From a virus (taxonomy: Duplodnaviria; Caudoviricetes): a stretch of 64,000 nt of DNA. A program made the translations under genes and the position numbers. The stretch's first letter is position 1. Each line of letters begins with the position of its first letter. The notes below the pieces were generated by a model. It was given only the letters and a program-made list of their open reading frames with translations, made no database searches and was not told where the DNA came from. This document shows, one piece after another, positions 1-8,017 of the stretch. The stretch lies in the IMG/VR virus record IMGVR_UViG_3300033068_001957, positions 1-64,000 of that record; one strand, given 5' to 3'.

Positions 1-96
1 GAATACGTCAAGAATTACCTAGACACTCAGGAGAGATACGACCTGTCTTTGCCCACATACGATCAACACATGGCCTCGTTAAGTGTTACTATATAA
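1..96 (+). CDS. 3' end of a gene entering the window (partial, unknown)
   Basis: Open frame EYVKNYLDTQ...SLSVTI* from base 1 to TAA at 94-96, 2 nt before the next ATG. Confidence 0.5.
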   Translation, partial: EYVKNYLDTQERYDLSLPTYDQHMASLSVTI

Positions 97-98
97 AT

Positions 99-689
99 AT
101 GTCCAAACTCAAAAAACTAAACCCAAACCCGCCAAAAACCCTCAAAGAGAGAATTGCCCAACTCGAACAATCTTTGGCCGAAACTCAAAAGCAATTTGCC
201 GCTCTTAGTTCCCCGAATATTTCCCAAAAAATTAAAGACGCTGTAATATCCACTCTTAACGAAGAAAAAGCATCTATGAACCTCTCGACCCTCGAACAAA
301 CCAACGGCGAACAAAAATCACCGCTGCCTCTGGAATCCCTAGAACAGGTCAATGGCCAACTAGAAGAAACTCCCCTCGACAAAATCAAAAAGCTCGAAAA
401 AGTCCTTGCCACGGCCCAAACTAATCCATTTGGTACTACCGATTACTCTATCTTTGAGAGTTCTCTGGAGAGCAAGACCATGGCAAGCCTGCAAGACCTT
501 GCGCAGCGCGTAGGGGTCAATCCTTGGGATTCTATGCCAGTCCTCAAGAAGAACCTCAAAACAGCCTTCATTCAAACAAATACACAAGGCACTCTAAAGC
601 CTCGCCCGCAGACTAAAAATGTGACTCTTGATCCTCGCAATCCAAAACACCTTAAGGTTATGCAAAGCCTTGGAATGAAAGTAGGCTAA
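99..689 (+). CDS. hypothetical protein, coiled-coil N-terminus, possible HeH/SAP-like helical motif
   Basis: 196-aa ORF; SKTMASLQDLAQRVGVNP motif; GTGTTAC variant of the late motif at 83-89. Confidence 0.6.
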   Translation: MSKLKKLNPNPPKTLKERIAQLEQSLAETQKQFAALSSPNISQKIKDAVISTLNEEKASMNLSTLEQTNGEQKSPLPLESLEQVNGQLEETPLDKIKKLEKVLATAQTNPFGTTDYSIFESSLESKTMASLQDLAQRVGVNPWDSMPVLKKNLKTAFIQTNTQGTLKPRPQTKNVTLDPRNPKHLKVMQSLGMKVG

Positions 690-690
690 T

Positions 691-870
691 ATGGACTCTA
701 TTAATTCCCTACTCGCCAACAATATCCTGTTCCAAGACCCTGAAACGGGAGAGGAATTGCGTCCAATATCTGCTCCAGATGAAGACGATAATTATGATTT
801 AGTTCTACTCGTTGAAAATAAAGACGGCACAAGAAAATGGAAACATACCATTAGGACAGAAGAGGTTTAA
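691..870 (+). CDS. small hypothetical protein (59 aa, not in the ORF track)
   Basis: ATG 691 to TAA 870, MDSINSLLANNILFQDPETGEE...; fills the gap exactly. Confidence 0.55.
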   Translation: MDSINSLLANNILFQDPETGEELRPISAPDEDDNYDLVLLVENKDGTRKWKHTIRTEEV

Positions 871-873
871 CCC

Positions 874-880
874 GTGTAAT
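874..880 (+). promoter_or_regulatory. GTGTAAT putative late promoter element
   Basis: Recurrent motif, 7 nt before ATG 888. Confidence 0.6.
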
Positions 881-887
881 CTATTAC

Positions 888-1379
888 ATGGGTAATATTT
901 ACAGCGACATCGCCACGGGCATCTTTGATAACGAATTCGGCGGCGATACTGGCGTAGCGACGGTCACTCAAATATCTGGGTGGCTTTCTGCCAATATGGG
1001 CGGATTGAATGTTTTGCTGCATACAAATTTTAGCGGCGAAGACCCATATGGATTCAATGATGCTGCCGCAAACATTTTCCAAGATATGTATATGAAGAAC
1101 TACTATGATAGGGCGTCCAGAAACGCTCTGCGTGGCGTCCTGTCTTCCTCTAATGGTGGCGATAATATTCTATCAGTCAGTGATGGCGATAATAGAATCT
1201 CATTCGTGAATAGAAATGAAACGGCGAAAGCTCTTCGTGGGTTATCTAATGATATTTCTAATAGTATGTCTCAAAAGATAACCAGCTACCAAATGTATGC
1301 TGCCGTTCCTACGCAAATCGTAGGAATCGAAGCGTCCGTGAGCGGTTATTATCCTTATGGACAATATTATCAGAATTGA
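888..1379 (+). CDS. putative head-tail adaptor / virion structural protein
   Basis: 163 aa, in the structural module, late motif upstream; assignment is from position only. Confidence 0.4.
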   Translation: MGNIYSDIATGIFDNEFGGDTGVATVTQISGWLSANMGGLNVLLHTNFSGEDPYGFNDAAANIFQDMYMKNYYDRASRNALRGVLSSSNGGDNILSVSDGDNRISFVNRNETAKALRGLSNDISNSMSQKITSYQMYAAVPTQIVGIEASVSGYYPYGQYYQN

Positions 1380-1839
1380 TGCCCCAACCGCATATAAAAA
1401 TAAACGGTTTATTGATTTTGGACCATTAATTAACAAAGCCTTGTCTTCTTTATTTTCCGCAACGAAGAAAAGGGCGAAAAATCGCTCTAGAGAATTCTCC
1501 TTATCCGAATCTGAGTTTATTTATCTTTCCTTTGGAAATTGTCGATTTTGTGGGGTAACGCCTAGCAATATTTTTACGCTAAAAGACAAAAAGCGAGAAA
1601 ACGTTCTCCTAAAGATATTTTATGGCGGAATAGACCGAGAAAATTCTAATATTGGTTATATATTCGATAATTGTGTTCCGTGTTGTTGGGAATGCAACCG
1701 AATTAAGGGTGTGGGAGACTCTTTTTCTCAGAAAAATAGAGCTATGAATATAGACGAAGCTTTTTCGAACTATCAGGATTTTAATCTTAAATTAAATTTA
1801 TGGCAAAAAAATATAGCAACCTTTCTGGAAGGAAAATAA
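1357..1839 (+). CDS. HNH homing endonuclease
   Basis: CxxC...GIDRENSNIGYIFDNCVPCCWECN His-Me finger motif. Confidence 0.8.
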   Translation: MDNIIRIDAPTAYKNKRFIDFGPLINKALSSLFSATKKRAKNRSREFSLSESEFIYLSFGNCRFCGVTPSNIFTLKDKKRENVLLKIFYGGIDRENSNIGYIFDNCVPCCWECNRIKGVGDSFSQKNRAMNIDEAFSNYQDFNLKLNLWQKNIATFLEGK

Positions 1840-2396
1840 GTAGCCTCACCGTTATTAAAGAAATCGACAATGGGGAACGGGGGACTTATTATGAGTGTTT
1901 ATGCGATTGCGGGAAAATGACATCAGCGACATCTTCTCAACTTATTTTCGATAAAAAGCGTTCTTGTGGGTGTTTGAGAGTCGGGAAAAATACAAGCGCG
2001 AATAGAAAAGAAATTCTCTTAAAAAGAATATTAAATGACTTAAAAATGTCTGGAAAATTCGTTTGTGACGAGTTGAGCGATCTTCAATTTTTCGAATTTG
2101 TAATTATGCAACCATGTTTTTATTGTGGCGAGCTTTATTCGAAGGAAGAATTTGATTTTAGTAAATCGGCAAAGAAAGCTTTCATTTCAGACTTATCTAT
2201 AAAGCATAATGGAATTGATCGAATAGATTCTTCGATAGGTTATACATTGAATAATATTGTTCCATGCTGTTCATCTTGCAATTCTGGAAAGGAAACAATG
2301 CTCCCGTTTACTTATGTAGAGCATATGAAGAAAATTTGCCTTCATAGTGGGTTATGTTTCCATTTTTGGGAAGATGTTAATTTCAAGTCAAAATAA
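1800..2396 (+). CDS. HNH homing endonuclease
   Basis: N-terminal LSGRKISSLTV..YECLCDCG..SCGC; C-terminal CFYCG...NGIDRIDSSIGYTLNNIVPCCSSCN. Confidence 0.85.
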   Translation: MAKKYSNLSGRKISSLTVIKEIDNGERGTYYECLCDCGKMTSATSSQLIFDKKRSCGCLRVGKNTSANRKEILLKRILNDLKMSGKFVCDELSDLQFFEFVIMQPCFYCGELYSKEEFDFSKSAKKAFISDLSIKHNGIDRIDSSIGYTLNNIVPCCSSCNSGKETMLPFTYVEHMKKICLHSGLCFHFWEDVNFKSK

Positions 2397-2407
2397 AACG
2401 TTTTAAA

Positions 2408-2439
2408 AAAAGAGCGGCGAAATTAATCGCCGCTCTTTT
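2408..2439. terminator. bidirectional intrinsic terminator
   Basis: AAAAGAGCGGCGA-6-TCGCCGCTCTTTT perfect inverted repeat between convergent genes. Confidence 0.85.
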
Positions 2440-2486
2440 GTGTTTTAGAGTTTGAGCGCGAACCAATTTAAGGTTCATCCGCTCTT

Positions 2487-3596
2487 TTATGAGAATACTG
2501 CGCCGCTATGAGAACCGCTCATGAAAACGCCTCTGTTTAAGGTGCTCGGACCCCCAAGTTGTGCGGAAAAGCTCAAATCTACTGTTTTGTTTGAGCTTAG
2601 GTCGAGGCTTGATTTTTCGCTGTCGAACTTCGCGCCACGAAGAATATACTGAACGCCAGCCACTCCTCCAGGTTGCGTAATTGTGAGAGTGATATCATTT
2701 TCGGAAGAATCGTCAAGCATGGACGCTAAATTACGAGAAATAATTTCATTCGCCAAGGCAGAAGCAGAAAGGGTCACTGTCACTGGGAATTTCACAGGTC
2801 GCGCAAATGGGAAGCGCGAGCCAAGTTGTTCGATAGGCTCTCTAGAAAGAGGAATTGAAAGAGTGCAGTTTTGCACGCGAAGACCATTTGTTCCGCTCAG
2901 AGAGTAGAAGGGAGAGGCTTTGTCGGAAGCTGTGGAGAGAAGATTACCCCACGAAATAGTTACGTCTCCAGGGCGCAAGGCAATGACGCCATCACCAGAT
3001 GTTGGAGTCGGAAGAACAACTCCAGTATTTTGAGCATATGGAGTACCCGCTGCTGGATCAACCGCTGGAGTATTTACACCAGAACTATAAACATCCGCAT
3101 TTGCGTTTGAAGCTTCAAAGCTTACGGTAACGGTTGGAAGACCGCCAACGGCTGCTTCAACAGAATAATTAGAAAGGAATGCGTTGCCATATCCACGAAC
3201 CACCTTACCAGAAAGACTAGCTTCGTAGTTTAGATCGTTTCCTTCCGCGCCAATTACTTCATAAATATTTTGACCGCTCGCAGAGACAAGATGTCCAGAA
3301 GCAAAGTTGCCCTCTCCAGTAGAACCAATATTTTGAACATAAAAACCTAGTGTTTTTTCTACGGCCCCATCAGAAAGAAGATACTTAAGGTCTGCCGTGA
3401 CATTAGGGGGAGCCACAACAATACTGCCAATCCTCGCAAGCTCCCCAGCCTGCAAAACATCCTGCCGAACAATCTCGGTAGATGATCCGAAACTTTGAAC
3501 ACGCTTCAATTGAGCATGTTTGGTTACGCCAGTCGAAGCGATATCTTGGCTGACATAAATGGCTTCTGTGTTGTACAATACGCGGTTGCGGGACAT
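2487..3596 (-). CDS. major tail (tube) protein, putative
   Basis: 369 aa, beta-rich S/G/T composition, SREPIEQLGSRFPF motif, own late motif (GTGTAAC, 3621-3627) and terminator. Confidence 0.6.
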   Translation of the reverse strand: MSRNRVLYNTEAIYVSQDIASTGVTKHAQLKRVQSFGSSTEIVRQDVLQAGELARIGSIVVAPPNVTADLKYLLSDGAVEKTLGFYVQNIGSTGEGNFASGHLVSASGQNIYEVIGAEGNDLNYEASLSGKVVRGYGNAFLSNYSVEAAVGGLPTVTVSFEASNANADVYSSGVNTPAVDPAAGTPYAQNTGVVLPTPTSGDGVIALRPGDVTISWGNLLSTASDKASPFYSLSGTNGLRVQNCTLSIPLSREPIEQLGSRFPFARPVKFPVTVTLSASALANEIISRNLASMLDDSSENDITLTITQPGGVAGVQYILRGAKFDSEKSSLDLSSNKTVDLSFSAQLGGPSTLNRGVFMSGSHSGAVFS

Positions 3597-3651
3597 AATT
3601 TAAATAAAGGGTTATCAATTGTTACACTGTTTTTGGGCTGATTAACTAAAT

Positions 3652-4515
3652 TTAACCGACTGGCGCTCGCGGATTGCGGTATTGACATATTGTAAAATCG
3701 ACCAGCCCGATATATAACTCCGTTTTTAACCCCCTGCGTAGTGCATCTGTGATTTTGCTAGACCTAGCTTCATCAATAAAACAATTGTTTGTTCCACTTG
3801 CGGCGACCAATTCCGTATAATTGTAATAACCATTTTTAATATCACCCCATTGTGTAAGAGGGGCCGATTCTAGTGGTAATTCTTTAAACATTTCGTCTCC
3901 TGTATCGGCGAAAAGACCCAAAACTCCATCTAACTGGTAAGGGTCATGCGCAAAAACAATCATATTGAATTTCACATTGCTAGAATCGGTTCCGCCCAAA
4001 GCTAATGGCTTATTCTCCTGCGTCTCCGTATTAATGAAAATCGCTGGAATCTTAGGTCCGTAAGGAGGTAAATACGGCACTGCTATATCTGATCCAATAT
4101 TATTATAGGATTGTGATTGATTTTGGCAGACCTCTATAATCAGAGATTCTTCGTCTTGGTTGCTGTTATAAATATTGAAATCTTTAACTGAATAAGACCC
4201 AGTAATAGCTCCAACTAAGCCAGACCCTATAATTCTACCATTTTGGAAATCTAGCACAAAGGAATCGCCGCGAGGCGTAAAAACTCCGCCCACATAAAGT
4301 CCAGACGGGATAGTTGCGCCCGTGATTGCTGAATTTGTCACCCATTCTTTGTGAGGACAACCATATGCCGAATAACCATCTGGCAATCTATCGTCGGAAT
4401 AACCTGTGAATGAGCCAGTAACATTTGTATAAGCAAGCCCCCTGCTGAGTAGAATATGATCCGCCCAAAGAGTAAACGAGTTTGTAACGTTGTGAATAAA
4501 TTGGGGGGCGATCAT
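3652..4515 (-). CDS. putative tail terminator / neck protein
   Basis: 287 aa, upstream of the tail-tube gene; C-terminal IPAIFI...KFNMIV pattern; synteny. Confidence 0.4.
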   Translation of the reverse strand: MIAPQFIHNVTNSFTLWADHILLSRGLAYTNVTGSFTGYSDDRLPDGYSAYGCPHKEWVTNSAITGATIPSGLYVGGVFTPRGDSFVLDFQNGRIIGSGLVGAITGSYSVKDFNIYNSNQDEESLIIEVCQNQSQSYNNIGSDIAVPYLPPYGPKIPAIFINTETQENKPLALGGTDSSNVKFNMIVFAHDPYQLDGVLGLFADTGDEMFKELPLESAPLTQWGDIKNGYYNYTELVAASGTNNCFIDEARSSKITDALRRGLKTELYIGLVDFTICQYRNPRAPVG

Positions 4516-5144
4516 TTTTTGAGTCCGAGTAGTTTAGTGCTTGCTATTTGATTAAATTTGGCGCGATATTTTTTTAAAATTGGCGTGATATAGGGAGTCT
4601 TTTGAAATGCGGGGCGAAGATTTTTAATATTTTTGGCTTGAATACCAGCGCCAGAGCGGCCATCTTCATATTGTATATTTAAATACTTGCCCAACCCAGA
4701 AATCCCTTCTTCAATGCCCATCGCCCAACTTCTACCTTGCGCCCAAGGCATGGGCGTTACATCTCGAATATCATTGCGCGTAGGGAAATTTCTTATTTCG
4801 AATTTATAATTTAAACCCTTAGATGTTACAGAATACAATCTTAATCCCGCGAAAAGTTCTCTAATTGGCTTAATGGGATCATCATTTCTGTCAAAACCAA
4901 TAAACGAATACAAATCACCATACCCATTAAGAAACCTAGATGACCAATTTAATTTCGGCCCCATGTTTATTTCTTCTGTAATTGGATGGTTTTCCAGTTC
5001 TTCCAGCATTTCTTGGCGTAATTGGTTGAATAATGGGCGGATTTTTGCCTCTAAAACCTTGCGCAAAGTAAATTGCACGATAGTACTATCTTCTACCTTG
5101 CGGCGAATGAAATCTGAAATGCGCTTAATCGACAAGCCCGCCAT
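4512..5144 (-). CDS. putative neck/tail completion protein
   Basis: Basic 210-aa protein between head-closure-like and terminator-like genes. Confidence 0.35.
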   Translation of the reverse strand: MAGLSIKRISDFIRRKVEDSTIVQFTLRKVLEAKIRPLFNQLRQEMLEELENHPITEEINMGPKLNWSSRFLNGYGDLYSFIGFDRNDDPIKPIRELFAGLRLYSVTSKGLNYKFEIRNFPTRNDIRDVTPMPWAQGRSWAMGIEEGISGLGKYLNIQYEDGRSGAGIQAKNIKNLRPAFQKTPYITPILKKYRAKFNQIASTKLLGLKK

Positions 5145-5145
5145 A

Positions 5146-5607
5146 TTAAGTTATTGGAGTTAAGAAATATTCCCAGTAGTTTTCTTTCTGAAAGAATCCA
5201 ATCTTTCTTGGTCCGCCAAAAAGAATAAATCGTTGGCCGCTGATTTCTACCCTCTTACAATCTTGCATATAAAGATGGTCTACATTACTTACCTTAAGCC
5301 TAACACTACCAGCGGGAAGAATAATACGGCTCTGAACACTAGTAGCGCTAGACCCATCAGATTCGTTAAAAATCTCTTCGCCCATTTTTATGTATCTTAC
5401 GCGGGCTTGAATTTCTCGCGATTCTTCCGTTTCAACAACGTTGGTTTGTCCTTGGCGATAGATGGAATTATAGTTTGGGTTGGAAGATAGAGACGCCTTT
5501 TTGTTGATTTTAAAGACCATAACGCTGGTTGCAAACGTACTATGAACAGAATCTATTAAACCATCAACCGTATCCTTTTGTGCCTGTGTTAAAAAACTTA
5601 TCGCCAT
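5146..5607 (-). CDS. putative head-closure (stopper) protein
   Basis: Start re-assigned to MAISF at 5607 (GTGTAAT 7 nt upstream); beta-rich, EIQARVRY...RVEISGQRF. Confidence 0.4.
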   Translation of the reverse strand: MAISFLTQAQKDTVDGLIDSVHSTFATSVMVFKINKKASLSSNPNYNSIYRQGQTNVVETEESREIQARVRYIKMGEEIFNESDGSSATSVQSRIILPAGSVRLKVSNVDHLYMQDCKRVEISGQRFILFGGPRKIGFFQKENYWEYFLTPIT

Positions 5608-5614
5608 AAAAGAA

Positions 5615-5636
5615 ATTACACTGTTTTCTGTGTAAT
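5615..5636. promoter_or_regulatory. back-to-back divergent GTGTAAT elements
   Basis: ATTACAC 5615-5621 (minus) and GTGTAAT 5630-5636 (plus) at the strand switch. Confidence 0.65.
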
Positions 5637-5657
5637 CCTCACTAAGGATCAAGGATT

Positions 5658-5945
5658 ATGGAAGCAAGCAGCAGCTTATCGCAAAGGCAGCGGCGTTTAA
5701 TCACGGCGCTTTTTAAAGACTTTTTAGAAACACTCGGGGAACTAAAAGATTCTCACGATGAATACTTTGGTAATCTAATGGAGAAATTGCCGCCAGAGTT
5801 CGTCACTACGCTTGTAGTTGGCAACCCTCTTTCGGACGATAAGTTTATGCGCCTCCGAAAGAAAATTCTCGACAAGGGGAACGATACTATCCGAGACTCT
5901 GAAATTGAATTTGGAAATTATTCCATATCCTTCTGTTTAAACTAG
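5658..5945 (+). CDS. hypothetical protein
   Basis: 95 aa, AAGGA RBS and late motif upstream. Confidence 0.6.
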   Translation: MEASSSLSQRQRRLITALFKDFLETLGELKDSHDEYFGNLMEKLPPEFVTTLVVGNPLSDDKFMRLRKKILDKGNDTIRDSEIEFGNYSISFCLN

Positions 5946-5957
5946 TTATTATTTGAT

Positions 5958-6287
5958 ATGAACACCCGTCGAACATTCTTTTCTACAATTTTAGCTTTTT
6001 TTACTGGTACGGCAGTAGTGGCAAAAGGCTCGGCTCTTAGCAAGAAAACGTCTTCACTAAATATGACGGATAGTTTAAGAGTGGCCGCCATGGAGAATAA
6101 TGGAGTCGTTTCTTCTGAAAGAATCTCTGCTATTCTTCAAGACAAAAATAACCGACAAAAGATTCAAGCTCAACTTGACTCTTTAATCAATGTAATTAAA
6201 GATTTTCCAACAAAAGAAAACAAAATCCCTTTAAAAGCTTGGCTCAAAGGAGCTAGGCAAATTGCATTAATAGAACCCTTTAACTAA
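5958..6287 (+). CDS. protein with twin-arginine-like signal peptide
   Basis: MNTRRTFF followed by hydrophobic STILAFFTGTAVVA. Confidence 0.5.
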   Translation: MNTRRTFFSTILAFFTGTAVVAKGSALSKKTSSLNMTDSLRVAAMENNGVVSSERISAILQDKNNRQKIQAQLDSLINVIKDFPTKENKIPLKAWLKGARQIALIEPFN

Positions 6288-6293
6288 AAAAAT

Positions 6294-7040
6294 ATGGCTG
6301 AACTCAAAGCATTGTACGAATTTACTGTCGCCGAAAAAACAGAAAAAGAAGTTTCCTCCGTCTCTATTGTCGATGAAAAGGAAGTCAAGACCGTAACAAC
6401 GGAAACAACCGAATCTCCCGTCAAGGTTTTCTTCAAAAAGCCATCCCGCCGCGACTCAGAAGAAGGCGAACTCTTTTACGCAAAAAAGATGAACGAGTTT
6501 GTCAATAAGCACGGCTTAATGACTCGCGCCATGCTTTATAACAAGTATAAGGATTCTGGTGGTCTAATCAGCGAAGAAACAACTAAAGATTTAATCAAAG
6601 TTGGGACTCGTATTAACGAAATTACCGAGCAACTTTCTCTCGCCAAAACCTCTAAGCGTAAGGGCCAAAAACAAAAAGATAAGATTAAAGAACTAGAAGA
6701 TGAATACATGGCTCAACAGGCCCAACTCATTCAACTTGAGCAGTATAAGAATTCCTTGATGGAAAATACCGCCGACGAAAAGGCCGTTAACGAATATCTT
6801 CGCTGGCTCGCCCTTAACATGACTTATGTTCAAAGGGAGGATGATGATCTTCCAGTTCAATACTTCGAAGGCGCTGATTTCGACGCCAAAATGAACGACT
6901 ATTACATCAAAGAAGATTCAGAAGATGATCTTTACGGCAAAATTAGCGGCGTAATTGGCAAGGCATGTGCTATTTGGTATATGTTTAAGGAGAACGACCC
7001 AATTAAGTTTAAAGAGCTAGTCGAAAAATCGGATGCATGA
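6294..7040 (+). CDS. putative tail assembly chaperone
   Basis: Acidic, coiled-coil, two genes upstream of the tape measure gene. Confidence 0.45.
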   Translation: MAELKALYEFTVAEKTEKEVSSVSIVDEKEVKTVTTETTESPVKVFFKKPSRRDSEEGELFYAKKMNEFVNKHGLMTRAMLYNKYKDSGGLISEETTKDLIKVGTRINEITEQLSLAKTSKRKGQKQKDKIKELEDEYMAQQAQLIQLEQYKNSLMENTADEKAVNEYLRWLALNMTYVQREDDDLPVQYFEGADFDAKMNDYYIKEDSEDDLYGKISGVIGKACAIWYMFKENDPIKFKELVEKSDA

Positions 7041-7986
7041 AGAGTCAGTTCTTCTTTGTGAGATTTTTGATGGGTTCACGCCGATAAAATTTGGCGGCGA
7101 AACTCTTTATTTGCGGCATATAAATTTGCGGGATCAAAAAATCCTAAGCGATTCATTTGAGCGGCAAAAACAAAGAGCCATTGATTCGGGCGTTCCCACG
7201 GAAAAGGAATGCTTGGAAAAACTATTCGCCGATGGTCATTGGACGCAGGATAATGATCTTGAGATTCAAGAAAAAAGAGATTACATCAAAAACCTCAAGC
7301 AGACTAAAAAGCAACTAGACTTAAAGAGCCAAAAAGACTCTACCCAAAAGACTATAGACGAAGAAACAGCCTCTCTCAACAAGCTTTTATTTCGCCGCCA
7401 AGAATTAGTCGGGAAAACAGCGGAAGACTTTGGTGTTATTAGGTCTAATGAAGAGTTTATTCGTAATATCCTTTATAAGGGCGAAAGTTTAAAAGAATTG
7501 AGATTCTCTGATTCTGAATTTGGCGAACTTGAAGATATTTCAGAATTAATGTCTTCCTATAATGCTCTATCTGAAAGAACTAGCGACGAAAAGATTCAAG
7601 AATCTACTTTAAGCGATTCGTTCTCATTGTATTTATCTCAGACGGATAAGCCATATGACTTTTTTGCGCGGCCAATTATTTCTTTGACTATTTATCAGCT
7701 AAAGCTTCTCGCTTATGGGAGAATGTTCTTTAATATCTTCCAGAACGTCGAAAATATCCCCGACGATATTAGAAAATCGCCAAAAGAACTGCTTGAATTT
7801 GTCGATACCCAAAGAAAGCGCGAAAAAAACCCTCAAAGCAACCATCAATCGGTTGGAATGGTTGGCGCAACCAAGGACGATTTGAAATATTATGATCCTT
7901 CCGCCAAAAATCTGGATTTCGCCGAAGAATTAAAGAAAAATGGCGGCAAAATGGACGCCACTCAAATAGCTAAATTGTTTGGTTAA
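7033..7986 (+). CDS. putative tail assembly chaperone
   Basis: Coiled-coil, immediately upstream of the tape measure gene. Confidence 0.45.
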   Translation: MHEESVLLCEIFDGFTPIKFGGETLYLRHINLRDQKILSDSFERQKQRAIDSGVPTEKECLEKLFADGHWTQDNDLEIQEKRDYIKNLKQTKKQLDLKSQKDSTQKTIDEETASLNKLLFRRQELVGKTAEDFGVIRSNEEFIRNILYKGESLKELRFSDSEFGELEDISELMSSYNALSERTSDEKIQESTLSDSFSLYLSQTDKPYDFFARPIISLTIYQLKLLAYGRMFFNIFQNVENIPDDIRKSPKELLEFVDTQRKREKNPQSNHQSVGMVGATKDDLKYYDPSAKNLDFAEELKKNGGKMDATQIAKLFG

Positions 7987-8017
7987 TGATCGTGTAATCT
8001 CTAAGAAGGACTAAGAG

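Noticed and set aside
7000-7040. Programmed -1 frameshift joining the two tail chaperone genes (TTTAAAG near the end of 6294-7040)
   Set aside because: The heptamer is not in X XXY YYZ phase, and the downstream ORF is in the +1 frame with its own ATG.
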